Notes: generated by a model not told the origin, from the letters alone. 64,000 nt of DNA from an uncultured Actinomycetota bacterium (GCA_963747085.1 CAVVDX010000001.1:2242437-2306436), one strand, 5' to 3'. Positions 23,641 through 33,997 are shown, counted from the stretch's first letter. Numbers and translations: made by a program.

Positions 23641-24498
23641 ATGACGACGCCGCCTCTCGAGACGGTGTCGGCGACCGACACGGTCGGGCGTGACCAATGG
23701 CCCAAAGTGCTGCTCGTCGAGGACGACGACTCGCACGTCCTCGCGCTCACGATCGGGCTCGAGCGCGAAGGGCTCGCTGTGACCGCGGTGCGTGACGGGC
23801 GCGAGGCGCTCCCCGCGGCCGAGCGGGTGCACCCCGACATTATCCTGCTCGACGTCATGCTGCCCGGCGCCTCGGGGATCGAAGTGTGCCGCGAGCTGCG
23901 CTCGCGGGGTGTGTCGACACCGATCATCATGGTGAGCGCGCGTAGCGACGAGCTCGACGTCGTCGTCGGGATCGAGGTCGGGGCCGATGACTACGTCGCC
24001 AAGCCGTACCGCATGCGCGAGCTCGTCGCACGAATCGGTGCGCTGTTGCGGCGGCATCGCCCCCAGGACGCCGGCCCGGAGCCGGTGCGGCTGCCCGAGC
24101 CCCCGCTGCTCGTCGGGGCGCCGCTCACCTACCTGCCGGCGCCGCTCCCCGGGTCGTTGGACATCGACGCCCCGGCGGCGCGCCTCGGTGGCAACGCCGT
24201 GCAGGTGGGCGACGTCCGCCTCGACCCCGAGCGCCACGAGGTCCGCGTGCGCGGCGAGGTCGTCGAGCTGCCGCTGCGCGAGTTCCAGCTCCTGCGTGAG
24301 CTGCTGCTCAGCGCGGGGCGGGTGGTGACGAGAGAGCTGCTCCTGCACCGTGTCTGGGGACTCGACTTCGAGGGCGATCCTCGCATCGTCGCCACCTCGA
24401 TCGGCCGGCTGCGGGCCCGCATCGAGGAGGACCCTGACGAGCCGACACGGATCGTGACGATCCGCGGCGTCGGTTACCGCTACAACGATCGGCCCTGA
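23641..24498 (+). CDS. OmpR/PhoB-family response regulator with long Pro-rich linker
   Basis: Receiver KVLLVEDDD...DIILLDVMLPG...DDYVAKP. Winged helix LPLREFQLLRELL...TIRGVGYRY. ATG at 23641. Confidence 0.85.
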   Translation: MTTPPLETVSATDTVGRDQWPKVLLVEDDDSHVLALTIGLEREGLAVTAVRDGREALPAAERVHPDIILLDVMLPGASGIEVCRELRSRGVSTPIIMVSARSDELDVVVGIEVGADDYVAKPYRMRELVARIGALLRRHRPQDAGPEPVRLPEPPLLVGAPLTYLPAPLPGSLDIDAPAARLGGNAVQVGDVRLDPERHEVRVRGEVVELPLREFQLLRELLLSAGRVVTRELLLHRVWGLDFEGDPRIVATSIGRLRARIEEDPDEPTRIVTIRGVGYRYNDRP

Positions 24499-24557
24499 GC
24501 TCCGACGGATCGGCCGAGCGGCCCGGTTGCGGGCCGGCCGGCACCTACACTCCGCCC

Positions 24558-25214
24558 ATGTCGCCTGCGCCCGTGTCGCCTGCGACCGGTCGCTCCGATG
24601 ACCGCGCCGGGCACGGTCAGGCCGACCCGATCGAGTCGCCCGAGGACGCCGGCCCCCGCGGCCGCGCGCGGCTTCGCGAGGTGGTGCTGGCGCGTGGTTA
24701 CACGCGATCCGAGGTGCCCTTCCGCCTGTCCTCGGGGGGGACGAGCCACGACTACGTCGACCTGCGCCGTGCCCTCGCACGCGGGGACGACCTCCGCCTC
24801 GCCGCCCGCCTCGTGATCGAGCTGGCAACCTCGCGCGCGATCGGCTTCGACGCCGCCGGCGGCATGACGATGGGCGCCGACCCACTCGCCCACGCCGTCG
24901 CGGTGCTCTCGGGATGCGAGTGGTTCTCGGTTCGCAAGTCCGCCAAGGAGCACGGCGGCGGGCGGCGGATCGAGGGAGCTGTGCTCGGCGCCGGGCGCAA
25001 GGTGCTCCTGCTCGAGGACACCGTCTCGACCGGTCGCTCGAGCCTGGAGGCGCTCGACGCGATCGAGGAGACCGGCGCGCGGGTCGTGCTCGCCTGCACC
25101 GTGCTCGATCGGGCCGACGTCGCCGTCTCGCACTTCGCCGCCCGCAACGTGGCCTACGCCGCGCTGCTCGGCTACGCGGACCTCGGCATCGAACCGCTGC
25201 CCGTCCGCCACTGA
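24558..25214 (+). CDS. pyrE: orotate phosphoribosyltransferase
   Basis: FRLSSGGTSHDYVD and the PRPP motif KVLLLEDTVSTGRS. The N-terminal roughly 35 aa may be over-extended. Confidence 0.8.
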   Translation: MSPAPVSPATGRSDDRAGHGQADPIESPEDAGPRGRARLREVVLARGYTRSEVPFRLSSGGTSHDYVDLRRALARGDDLRLAARLVIELATSRAIGFDAAGGMTMGADPLAHAVAVLSGCEWFSVRKSAKEHGGGRRIEGAVLGAGRKVLLLEDTVSTGRSSLEALDAIEETGARVVLACTVLDRADVAVSHFAARNVAYAALLGYADLGIEPLPVRH

Positions 25215-25221
25215 GGCCGCG

Positions 25222-26400
25222 TTGGACCTGCTCGACGGCATCATCGTGGTCGTGCTCGTCGTGGCGGCGTACCACGGCGCCCGTCGTGGCGGCGCCGTGC
25301 AGCTGATCACCTTCGCCGGCTTCATCGGCGGTCTCGCCCTGGGTGTCGTCCTCGTCCTCGCCGTGGCTCCGCGGGTGCACGGGTCGACGGCCAAGACCCT
25401 TGCCGCCGTCGCGCTGCTGCTCGTTCCCTCGGGCCTGCTCGCCAGCGCCGGCCGGCGGGTGGGAGAGCGCGCCGGAGCCCGGCTGCGACGGCGCCGCGTG
25501 CGCGTGCTCGACGCTGTGCTCGGCTCGTTGCTCGCAGTGGCGGGCACGCTCGTGGTGTGCTGGCTGTTCGCCTCCGTGCTCGTCGACAGCTCGACGGCTG
25601 CGATCTCCTCGCAGATCGAGCACTCGAGGATCGTGCGCGGCATCGGCGAGGCGCTGCCGCCGGTGCCCGACGAATTCGCCGCCGTCGAGCGCTATCTCTC
25701 GAGCTCGGGCTTCCCCGTGGTGCTCGTCAACGCCCTTCCCGAGCCGGTCGGGCCCGTTCGGCTGCCCACGAACGCCGAGCTGGCCCAGGTCCGGCGGCTC
25801 GTCGACGCCTCGACGGTGAAGATCGAGGCGCTGGGGTGCGACAACACCGAGCTCGAGGGCTCCGGTTTCGTCGTCGCGCCCGACCTCGTGGTGACCAACG
25901 CGCACGTCGTCGCCGGCACCGACCACATCGCGGTGATCGTGCCGGGCTCGAGCTACCAGGCCACGCCGGTGCTGTTCGACCCGGTGCTGGACCTGGCCGT
26001 GCTGAGGACCCAGCCGCTCGGCCTGCCGGTGCTCGACATGGACGCGAATTTCGTCGAGCGCGGCACGCCGGCGGTAGTCCTCGGCTACCCCGAGGACGGA
26101 CCGCTCAAGGTTGTCAAGGCCGGTGTGCAGGCACGCTACGTCGCCGAGGGGCGCGACATCTACTCGACGGCGCTGACGACGCGCACCGTGTACACCCTCG
26201 AGGCGGTGGTGCGCCAAGGCAACAGCGGCGGACCACTCGTCACGCCCAACGGGCAAGTGATCGGGGTGGTGTTCTCGCGCTCGGCGTCACAGCCCGACAT
26301 CGGCTACGCGCTGGCCAGCCCGGCGGTCCTTCACGAGGTGGAACGGGTTCGCGCCGCGACCGCAGGGGTGAGCACCCAATCGTGCATCAGCGACTCGTGA
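25222..26400 (+). CDS. MarP-like membrane serine protease (CvpA-type TM domain plus trypsin-like domain)
   Basis: N-terminal TM helices, then TNAHVVAG (His) and GNSGGPLV (Ser). Confidence 0.8.
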   Translation: MDLLDGIIVVVLVVAAYHGARRGGAVQLITFAGFIGGLALGVVLVLAVAPRVHGSTAKTLAAVALLLVPSGLLASAGRRVGERAGARLRRRRVRVLDAVLGSLLAVAGTLVVCWLFASVLVDSSTAAISSQIEHSRIVRGIGEALPPVPDEFAAVERYLSSSGFPVVLVNALPEPVGPVRLPTNAELAQVRRLVDASTVKIEALGCDNTELEGSGFVVAPDLVVTNAHVVAGTDHIAVIVPGSSYQATPVLFDPVLDLAVLRTQPLGLPVLDMDANFVERGTPAVVLGYPEDGPLKVVKAGVQARYVAEGRDIYSTALTTRTVYTLEAVVRQGNSGGPLVTPNGQVIGVVFSRSASQPDIGYALASPAVLHEVERVRAATAGVSTQSCISDS

Positions 26401-26455
26401 GCCTGACGAGGCCGGCCGCACGCAGCCGGCGGAAGAGCCGCACGAGGAGGGCAGC

Positions 26456-28369
26456 ATGGCGCTGAAGATCGAGGACTACGCGCTGATCGGCGACACCCAT
26501 ACCGCTGCGCTGGTCGGGCGGGACGGTTCCATCGACTGGTTCTGCGTTCCGCGATTCGACTCTCCTGCGGTCTTTGCCAAGCTGCTCGGCGACTCACGGC
26601 ACGGCTACTGGCGGATCTGCCCGACGGGGTGCGTCGAGGGCGACCCGGACCACCCGATCATGGCCACGCGGCGCTCCTACCGGGGACACAGCCTGGTGCT
26701 CGACACGGAGTGGACCCTGCCCGAGGGAACGGTGCGCGTGACCGACTGCATGCCCGTGCGCGAGGAGCACCCGGAGATCGTCCGTGTGGTCGAAGGCATC
26801 TCCGGACGCGTGGAGTTGAGCCTCGATCTCGTCATCCGCTTCGGGTACGGCAACGTCGTGCCATGGGTGCGCCGCGTCGACGGACTGCTCACCGCCATCG
26901 CCGGGCCGGACGGTCTCGCGCTCTGGAGCCCGGTGCACACCCACGGGGAGGGACTCTCCACCGTCGCCACTTCTGGGTCGCCGAGGGCCAGCGTGTGCCC
27001 TTCGTGCTCGCCTGGTACCCGTCGCACCTCACGCCGCCCCGCCCGCTCGACGGGCACTACGGCGTCGAGGACACCGCGCAGTGGTGGGCCGACTGGTCCT
27101 CGCTGGCGACCGTCGCCGACAGCGAGTGGCGCGATGCGGTCATCCGCTCGGAGATCACCCTCAAGGCGCTCACCTATGCGCCGACGGGCGGCATCGTGGC
27201 CGCGGTGACGACGTCGCTGCCCGAGACCCTCGGCGGCGAGCGCAACTGGGACTACCGCTACTGCTGGCTGCGCGACGCCACCTTGACGCTCACCGCGCTG
27301 ATGGCGGCCGGCTACCACGAGGAGGCGGCGGCCTGGCGCGACTGGCTGCTGCGGGCGGTGGCCGGCGACCCCTCCGAGCTGCAGATCATGTACGGGCCCG
27401 CCGGCGAGCGGACGCTCATCGAGGCCGAGCTCGACTTCCTTCCCGGCTACGAGAGCTCGCGGCCGGTCCGCATCGGCAACGCGGCGGCGGGCCAGTACCA
27501 GCTCGACGTCTACGGCGAGGTGCTGTCTGCGCTGCACGAGTCGCGGCGCGGTGGGATGGACCTCTCCGAGGAGGCTTGGCACCTCGAGACGCTGCTGCTC
27601 GACTTCGTCGAGACAGGGTGGCAGCAGCCCGACGACGGCATCTGGGAGGTGCGCGGCCCGCGGCGGCACTTCACCCACTCCAAGGTGATGGCATGGGTCG
27701 CGATGGACCGCGCCGTGCGCGACGTCGAGGAGTTCGGGCTGGAAGGACCGGTCGAGCGCTGGAAGGCGACGCGACAGGCGATCCACGACGAGGTCTGCGA
27801 GAAGGGCTACGACCCCGAGCGCAACACCTTCACCCAGTACTACGGCTCGCAGTGCGCTCGACGCGAGCACCCTGATGATCGCCATGTTCGGGTTCCTGCC
27901 TCCCTCGGACCCCAGGGTGGTCGGGACGGTGGAGGCGATCCAGCGCGAGCTGACCCGGGACGGCTTCGTGCTGCGCTACGACGCCGAGAACTCCGGCGAT
28001 GTCGACGGCCTGTCCGGGCGGGAGGGCGCCTTCCTGGCATGCTCGTTCTGGCTCGTCGACAACCTGGAGCTGATCGGGCGCCACGACGAGGCCGTCGCGC
28101 TCTTCGAGAAATTGCTCGCGCTGCGCAATGACGTCGGGCTCTTGTCGGAGGAGTACGACTACGTCGCCAACCGCCTCGTCGGCAACTTTCCCCAGGCGTT
28201 CTCGCACATCTCGCTCGTCAACTCGGCGGTGGGTCTCTCCCGGGACTTCGGAGCGGGACTGAGCCATGCCGAGCGCTTGTCGGGCAAGCGTGTCACGGCG
28301 GGACATCCCTTCCCCAGCCGGCTCGGGCGGCACCGCCGTTCGATCGGGTTGCGCCGGCGACATCGCTGA
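26456..28369 (+). pseudogene. glycoside hydrolase family 15 (glucoamylase/trehalase-type), frameshifted as assembled
   Basis: IEDYALIGDTHTAALVGRDGSIDWFCVPRFDSPAVFA, ERNWDYRYCWLRDA, DGIWEVRG and FPQAFSHISL. Frames 2,1,2 with breaks near 26968 and 27855. Confidence 0.8.
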
Positions 28370-28602
28370 GTCGAGCGGCGCGGCGCGGCCCAGCCGGCGC
28401 GGCGCGGCACGGCCCGCGGCACGGTTGAGCCGGGTCGAGCGGCGCGGCGGGCTGGCGCCGGGCTGGGTAGGGTTCGGCGTAGGTGCGTGCGCGAACGAAC
28501 GACCGGCCCACCGAAGAGGTTCAGGCCCGTGACATCACGCGGGAGCGGGCCGCAGGCGAGGAGCACGGCCCGCCACAGCGGGCCCGAGACGAGGAGGAAG
28601 CG

Positions 28603-29652
28603 ATGAAGGCGCTCACCGTGATCCCGCTCAAGGCCGGCTCCGCCGCCGTCGAGGACATCGACGAGCCGGCGCCGGACGAGGGCGAGGTGCTGGTCGAGAC
28701 GATCGCCGTCGGCGTGTGCGGCACCGACGCGGAGATCGTCGCCGGCGACTACGGCTGGGCCCCTCCCGGTCGGGATCGCCTCGTTCTCGGGCACGAGTCG
28801 CTCGGTCGCGTCCTCGAAGCGCCGGACGGCTCCGGGTTCCAGCCGGGTGACCACGTCGTGTGCATCGTCCGTCGCCCCGATCCTGTGCCCTGCTACGCCT
28901 GTGCTGCCGGCCAGTGGGACAACTGCCGCAACGGGCTGTACACCGAGCACGGGATCAAGTCCCTCGACGGCTTCATGCGCGAGCGCTACCGAACGCCTGC
29001 CGACGCCCTCGTCAAGGTGGACAGCGACCTCGGGCTGTGCGGCGTGCTGCTCGAGCCGACGACGATCGTGGCCAAGGCGTGGGAGGAGATCGAGGACATC
29101 GGCAACCGTGCCGTGTGGAAGCCCGAGACGGTGCTCGTCACCGGTGCGGGGCCGGTCGGCCTGCTCGCTGCGCTGCTCGGCAAGCAGCGCGGCCTCGAGG
29201 TGCACGTGCTCGACCACCTCGACTCCGGCGCCAAGCCCCGCCTTGTGCAGGCACTCGGCTGCCACTACCACACCGGCGCGGTGGCCGACGCGGTGAAGGA
29301 CCCGGACATCGTCATCGAGGGCACCGGCGTGCCGCAGCTCGTCGTCGACTCGGTGATGTCCGTCGGCTCGGGCGGCGTCGTCGCCCTGCTCGGCGTCGGG
29401 GCGGCGGGCAAGGAGATCGGCGTCGACGTCGGCGCGCTCAACCGCGACATGGTGCTCTCCAACAAGGCCGTCGTCGGCTCGGTCAACGCCAACCGCAGCC
29501 ACTACCAGAAGGCGGTGACGGCGTTGCATGCCGCCGACGAGACCTGGCTCACCTCGCTGATCACCCGCAAGCTGCCTCTCGAGCACTTCTCCGACGCCCT
29601 GCAGCACGGGCCCGACGACGTGAAGACCGTGATGGAGCTCGCTGCGGTATGA
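28603..29652 (+). CDS. zinc-dependent MDR dehydrogenase, glucose 1-dehydrogenase-like
   Basis: ATG after GAGGAGGA. VGVCGTDAEIVAGDYGWAPPG..LVLGHESLG and GAGPVGLLAA. Confidence 0.65.
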   Translation: MKALTVIPLKAGSAAVEDIDEPAPDEGEVLVETIAVGVCGTDAEIVAGDYGWAPPGRDRLVLGHESLGRVLEAPDGSGFQPGDHVVCIVRRPDPVPCYACAAGQWDNCRNGLYTEHGIKSLDGFMRERYRTPADALVKVDSDLGLCGVLLEPTTIVAKAWEEIEDIGNRAVWKPETVLVTGAGPVGLLAALLGKQRGLEVHVLDHLDSGAKPRLVQALGCHYHTGAVADAVKDPDIVIEGTGVPQLVVDSVMSVGSGGVVALLGVGAAGKEIGVDVGALNRDMVLSNKAVVGSVNANRSHYQKAVTALHAADETWLTSLITRKLPLEHFSDALQHGPDDVKTVMELAAV

Positions 29653-29718
29653 GGCGATGAGGCGAGCTCGAGGCGCCGGCGCGCCGAGCGAGACGGGCGG
29701 GCACGGGGGAGCGGGCGC

Positions 29719-30672
29719 GTGAGCCGCGAGCTCGTCCCGGGCGTCATCGAGGTGGACACCCGCCTCGGCGGCTGGGAGCACCTCACCGCCGGCTACCTGC
29801 TGAGCGGGCCGTCGCCCGTGCTCGTCGAGACGGGCAGCCAGAGCTCGCTGCCCGTGCTGCTCGAGGAGCTCGCTGCGCTCGGCGTCGAGGCCGGTGAGCT
29901 CGCCGGCGTCGCCGTCACCCACATCCACCTCGACCACGCCGGCGGGGTGGGCGACGTGGCGCGCGCCTTCCCATCGGCTCGCGTGTACGTCCACGAGCGA
30001 GGTGCCCGGCACCTGATCGACCCGCACCGCCTGGTGGCCTCGGCGGCGATGGTCTACGGCGACAAGCTCGACTCGCTCTACGGGCGGCTCGAGCCGACCG
30101 AGGCCGATCGGCTGACGGTGCTGTACGACGGCGACGAGGTCGACCTCGGTCGGGGCCGGCGCCTGCAGGCGATCGACTCGCCCGGGCACGCCAAGCACCA
30201 CCTCGGGTTCCTCGACTCGGAGTCAGGGTTGTTATTCGCCGGCGACGCCGTCGGGGTCAAGCTGCCCGGTGCCGGGGCGCTGCGCCCGGCGACGCCGCCG
30301 CCCGACTTCGACCTCGACCTGGCGCTTCACTCGCTGCGGCGCTTCGCCGAGCACCGGCCGGCCGGCATCGCTCTCGCCCACTACGGGCTGATCCCGGGCG
30401 ACCCGCTCGAGCTGCTCGACGACGCCGAGATGCGGCTCAACGCCTGGGCGGCAGAGGCGACGCGCGCCTGGCGAGCGGGGGAGGACATCGCCGCAGCGCT
30501 GGAGTCACGTTTCGCCGCCGAGGACGACGGCGTCGACCCGGCCCAGCGGGCGCGCCTCGACGTGCTGAACGGCTTCCACTCCAACGCGGCCGGCTTCCGG
30601 CGCTGGCTCGAGACCAGCGCCACCCAAGAGCGACCGGCCACGCACGGCGCGCCGGCGGAGCACGAGCACTAG
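29719..30672 (+). CDS. MBL-fold metallo-hydrolase
   Basis: VAVTHIHLDHAGG and SPGHAKHH motifs. The stop overlaps the convergent GGDEF-EAL gene stop (CTAG). Confidence 0.7.
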   Translation: MSRELVPGVIEVDTRLGGWEHLTAGYLLSGPSPVLVETGSQSSLPVLLEELAALGVEAGELAGVAVTHIHLDHAGGVGDVARAFPSARVYVHERGARHLIDPHRLVASAAMVYGDKLDSLYGRLEPTEADRLTVLYDGDEVDLGRGRRLQAIDSPGHAKHHLGFLDSESGLLFAGDAVGVKLPGAGALRPATPPPDFDLDLALHSLRRFAEHRPAGIALAHYGLIPGDPLELLDDAEMRLNAWAAEATRAWRAGEDIAAALESRFAAEDDGVDPAQRARLDVLNGFHSNAAGFRRWLETSATQERPATHGAPAEHEH

Positions 30673-33215
30673 TTCCCGCCGTCTTCCTCGCGGTCCGGGG
30701 AGGCCGAGCCGTGCGGGACGACGAAGCCACGCCGCAACAGCGCCGTCGCATCGCCGGCGTCGAGCGGGTCGCTGTAGAAGAAACCCTGCGCACGCTCGCA
30801 GCCGAGCTCGATCAGCGCAGCGTGCTGCTCGGCGGTCTCGACACCCACTGCGACGACGCCGAGCGAGAGCGCGCGGGCCATCCCGAGCGCGGCGACGAAG
30901 GGCGCGCACCAGGACAGGTGGTGCACGCGTGCCGTGATCGAGCGGTCGATCTTGAGCGCTGCGATCGGCAGCTGGGAGACGACGGCGAGCGAGCTGTGGC
31001 CCGAGCCGAAGTCGTCGAGCGCGAGGCGAACGTCGCGGCGGCTGAGTGCCCAGATCGCCGCCATCGCGTCCTCGCCGAGACCGTGCCCCTCGGTCACTTC
31101 GAGCCCGAGCGATGCATCCCCGGCTTCGGCGAGGGCGCGATCGAGGCGCCGCGGCAGATCCGGCTCGACGAGCTGGCGCTCCGTGACGTTCACGCTCACG
31201 GTGACCGGCAGGCCCGACTGGCGCCACTGCCTGGCTTGCCGGGCGGCGATACGCAGCACCTGCTCGCCGATGTCGCAGATCAGGCCCGTCGCCTCCGCGA
31301 CCTCGATCCACTCCGCAGGCGGGACGAGTCGATCCTCGACCCCCCAGCGGGCGAGCGCCTCGAGCCCGACGACCCGGAAGCTGGAGAGCTCGACGATCGG
31401 CTGGTAGACCACCACCACCTGGTCCCGCGCCACCGCGAGCGCGAGGCGCTCCTCGATGGCGGCGCGGCGGACCGCCGCCTGGTGCAGGTCGTCGTTGAAC
31501 CAACCCGTCGGCAACCGTCGCTGCTTGGCGTCGTGCATCGCCGTCATCGCGTCGCGAAGGAGCAGCTCGCCGTCGACGTCCGGGCCGCAGTCGGCGGCCC
31601 GGACGACGCCGACGGTGACGGCGAGGCGCACCGAGACGCTCTCGGTCGCGACCGGGCTGCGCAAGGCCTCGTGGAGGCGCTTGGCCAACCGGTCGGCGCG
31701 GTCGTCGCCGCCCTCGTCGTGGCAAACGACGACGAACTCGTCGGAGCCGAACCTGCCGATCTCGTCACAGGGTCGAAGGGCCTCGACCAGCCGGCGGGCG
31801 ACCAGGCGCAGCAGCTCGTCGCCGGTGGCGTGGCCGTAGGCGGCGTTGACGGTCTTGAACCCGTCGAGGTTGCAGAACGCGAGCGCGATCCGAGCGCGAT
31901 CCGGGCGGGCGCCGCCCCCGCCCCGGTTCCCGTCCCGGTCCCCGTCGCCGCCGCCGCCGTCGTGGTCGCCGAGCAGCTCGGAGATCCTCGCGGTGATGCG
32001 GGCGCGGTTCGGCAGGCCGGTGAGGTCGTCATGGGTGGCACGGTGCTCGAGCTCCTCGAGGACGCGCTGGCGGTCGGCAGCCGAGCCGACGACGTTCATC
32101 ACCGTTGCGGCGAAATGGGCGTCGGCGGCGCCTGCGTCGGCGTCCGCATCGGCGGCATCGGCGACTTCGCTGACGTCACTCACATCACTGACGTCACTGA
32201 CGTCGTGGCTGGCCCAGGGGTGCGAGGCCGCCCGCTGCTCCCGGCTCAGGGCGGCCTGCTGTTCCCCGCTCGCGGCCGCCCGCTCGTCCCGGCTCGGACT
32301 CGCCCGCCGCCCCCGGCTCGCGGCCGCCACCCCACCTGCGCTCGGCCGCTGCCGAACGTCGCCGCCCACATCGGCGGGTCGGGTGGCCAGCGCCGCGCGT
32401 GCGGCCGTCTCGACCTCGTCGAGCGGCGCGGAAGCCGCGAGCAGGCTGAGCTCGGCAAGCGCCCGCTGGCACGCGAGGACCCGAGGCAGTGCCCGTTGGG
32501 CGTGGTGCTCGGTCAGCCAGATCAACACCACGAGCGCGGCGAGCAGCGGCAGCACGAGATAACCCGTGATCAGCTCGCAGTCGAGGGGCGAGGGATCGAG
32601 GAGGGAGGCCACGGCGAGCACGATCGAACCCGCGAACCCGGTTGTGAGCACCAGGCGCTCCAGGCGGTCCCGTCCCGTCGTGAGGGTAGTGGCGTACCAG
32701 GCGAACAGCAGCCCGAGGACGGCGAACGAGGTGGGCTCGAGCAGTGGCCCGTAGCGGGGCAGGCCGCTGCTCGTCGCGTGTGCGTAGACGAGGTCGGTCC
32801 AGAGCCACATCCCGAGGCGGCAGAGAATCACCGCGGCCGTGAGCGGGGCGAGCCAGACGGGGGCTCGCCGCCCACCGATCGAGGCGGCGAGCGGCAGCGT
32901 GCTCAGCTCGAGACAGCTCAGGCACACCGTCCGCAGCGAGATGACGACCCCGAGGTGGCCTGACGACAGCGAGGTGAGCGTCAGGACGTTGCACAGGAGC
33001 ATCGCCGCGGTCCAGCCCGACGCAACGGCGACCCAGCGGGCAGGGGATCTGCGGCCCTCCCAGCGCCACACCGTGAGCTGCTGCACGGCGAGCATCGCCG
33101 TGAAGCCGACCACCGCGAGCTGCGCCTCATTCGCTACCGCTCGCCAACCTATGAGGTGCACGGCGCCTGTCTTTCTGCTCCAACCGCCTTGGACTGGTCG
33201 TACGTTACCAGACAT
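30669..33215 (-). CDS. membrane sensor protein with GGDEF and EAL domains
   Basis: Intact 848 aa. About 7-8 N-terminal TM helices. GGDEF domain (DGFKTVNAAYGHATGDELL, RFGSDEFVVV). EAL domain (GLEALARW, DDFGSGHSSL). Confidence 0.85.
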   Translation of the reverse strand: MSGNVRPVQGGWSRKTGAVHLIGWRAVANEAQLAVVGFTAMLAVQQLTVWRWEGRRSPARWVAVASGWTAAMLLCNVLTLTSLSSGHLGVVISLRTVCLSCLELSTLPLAASIGGRRAPVWLAPLTAAVILCRLGMWLWTDLVYAHATSSGLPRYGPLLEPTSFAVLGLLFAWYATTLTTGRDRLERLVLTTGFAGSIVLAVASLLDPSPLDCELITGYLVLPLLAALVVLIWLTEHHAQRALPRVLACQRALAELSLLAASAPLDEVETAARAALATRPADVGGDVRQRPSAGGVAAASRGRRASPSRDERAAASGEQQAALSREQRAASHPWASHDVSDVSDVSDVSEVADAADADADAGAADAHFAATVMNVVGSAADRQRVLEELEHRATHDDLTGLPNRARITARISELLGDHDGGGGDGDRDGNRGGGGARPDRARIALAFCNLDGFKTVNAAYGHATGDELLRLVARRLVEALRPCDEIGRFGSDEFVVVCHDEGGDDRADRLAKRLHEALRSPVATESVSVRLAVTVGVVRAADCGPDVDGELLLRDAMTAMHDAKQRRLPTGWFNDDLHQAAVRRAAIEERLALAVARDQVVVVYQPIVELSSFRVVGLEALARWGVEDRLVPPAEWIEVAEATGLICDIGEQVLRIAARQARQWRQSGLPVTVSVNVTERQLVEPDLPRRLDRALAEAGDASLGLEVTEGHGLGEDAMAAIWALSRRDVRLALDDFGSGHSSLAVVSQLPIAALKIDRSITARVHHLSWCAPFVAALGMARALSLGVVAVGVETAEQHAALIELGCERAQGFFYSDPLDAGDATALLRRGFVVPHGSASPDREEDGGN

Positions 33216-33226
33216 GACGTCTGGTA
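33206..33226. promoter_or_regulatory. inverted repeat TACCAGAC-N5-GTCTGGTA, candidate TetR operator
   Basis: Perfect 8-bp arms. Overlaps the ATG (33215-33213) of the GGDEF-EAL gene, in the short divergent region before the TetR gene. Related GGTACGTACC palindrome at 33239-33248. Confidence 0.4.
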
Positions 33227-33250
33227 GCGGCTGATGCGGGTACGTACCAG

Positions 33251-33997
33251 TTGCTCCAATCAGTAGCGGGCGTCACGTATGCTGAAGTCGTGGCGCTCCC
33301 TGGTCCGAGTCGGCCGCTCGACCGGCGAGCGCGGCGCTCGACGCGGGCCATCCGTGAGGCCTTCGTCTCCCTCGTGCTCGAGGTCGGCTACGAGGCCGTG
33401 ACCGTCGACGCCCTCGTGCAGCGAGCCGACGTGGCGCGAGCGACCTTTTATGCGCACTTTCACGACGTCGGCGAGGTGCTCACCTCGCTGGTCGACGAGC
33501 TGAGCGACCGGCTGCTCCGCGAGGTGCTGCCCACCCTGCAGGCCGGGCCTGTGTTCACGGGGGTCGGGATGCGAGCGCTGTGCGGGCACGCCGACGAGCA
33601 CCGGGCGCTGTACCGGGTCGTCGTGTCGGGCGCCGGTGACGGCCGAGCGCGGGCGACGTTGCGGAGCAACATCTCGGCCGAGTTCGAGCAGGTGTGGCGG
33701 CACGCCGCGGCGACCGCCGCCGCCGAACCCCGGATCGATCCCGCGGTCCTGGCGCGGGTGCTGGTCGGCGCGTACCTGGAGATGTTCGACTGGTGGTTGA
33801 ACGAGCAGCCGGTGCTCACCGCCGAGGAGGTCGCGCTGATCCTCGCCCGCCTGACCTTCAACGGGGCGCCGTGGCTCGCCGGGGTCGACGAGTGGGTACG
33901 GTTCGACGAGAGCGACCTGCTGGCAGGCGTGACCGAGGCCGTTCGGGCTCGGGTCACTGACGACGCCCCGGCTTCCTGGGGTGCTCTCGGGGGGTAG
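33251..33997 (+). CDS. TetR/AcrR-family transcriptional regulator
   Basis: HTH region EAVTVDALVQRADVARATFYAHF. Start uncertain (TTG 33251 or GTG near 33290). Confidence 0.8.
   Translation: MLQSVAGVTYAEVVALPGPSRPLDRRARRSTRAIREAFVSLVLEVGYEAVTVDALVQRADVARATFYAHFHDVGEVLTSLVDELSDRLLREVLPTLQAGPVFTGVGMRALCGHADEHRALYRVVVSGAGDGRARATLRSNISAEFEQVWRHAAATAAAEPRIDPAVLARVLVGAYLEMFDWWLNEQPVLTAEEVALILARLTFNGAPWLAGVDEWVRFDESDLLAGVTEAVRARVTDDAPASWGALGG

Noticed and set aside
23584-26256. 890-aa minus-strand ORF, the longest in the track
   Set aside because: It lies antisense to three homology-supported genes (response regulator, pyrE, MarP-like protease). Its translation is Arg/Pro/Gly/Ala-rich with no motifs, which is a typical high-GC shadow ORF.
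32171-32206. TGACGTCA (CRE-like palindrome) copies as transcription-factor sites
   Set aside because: They lie deep inside an intact 848-codon ORF as an in-frame coding repeat, so there is no reason to invoke regulatory binding.
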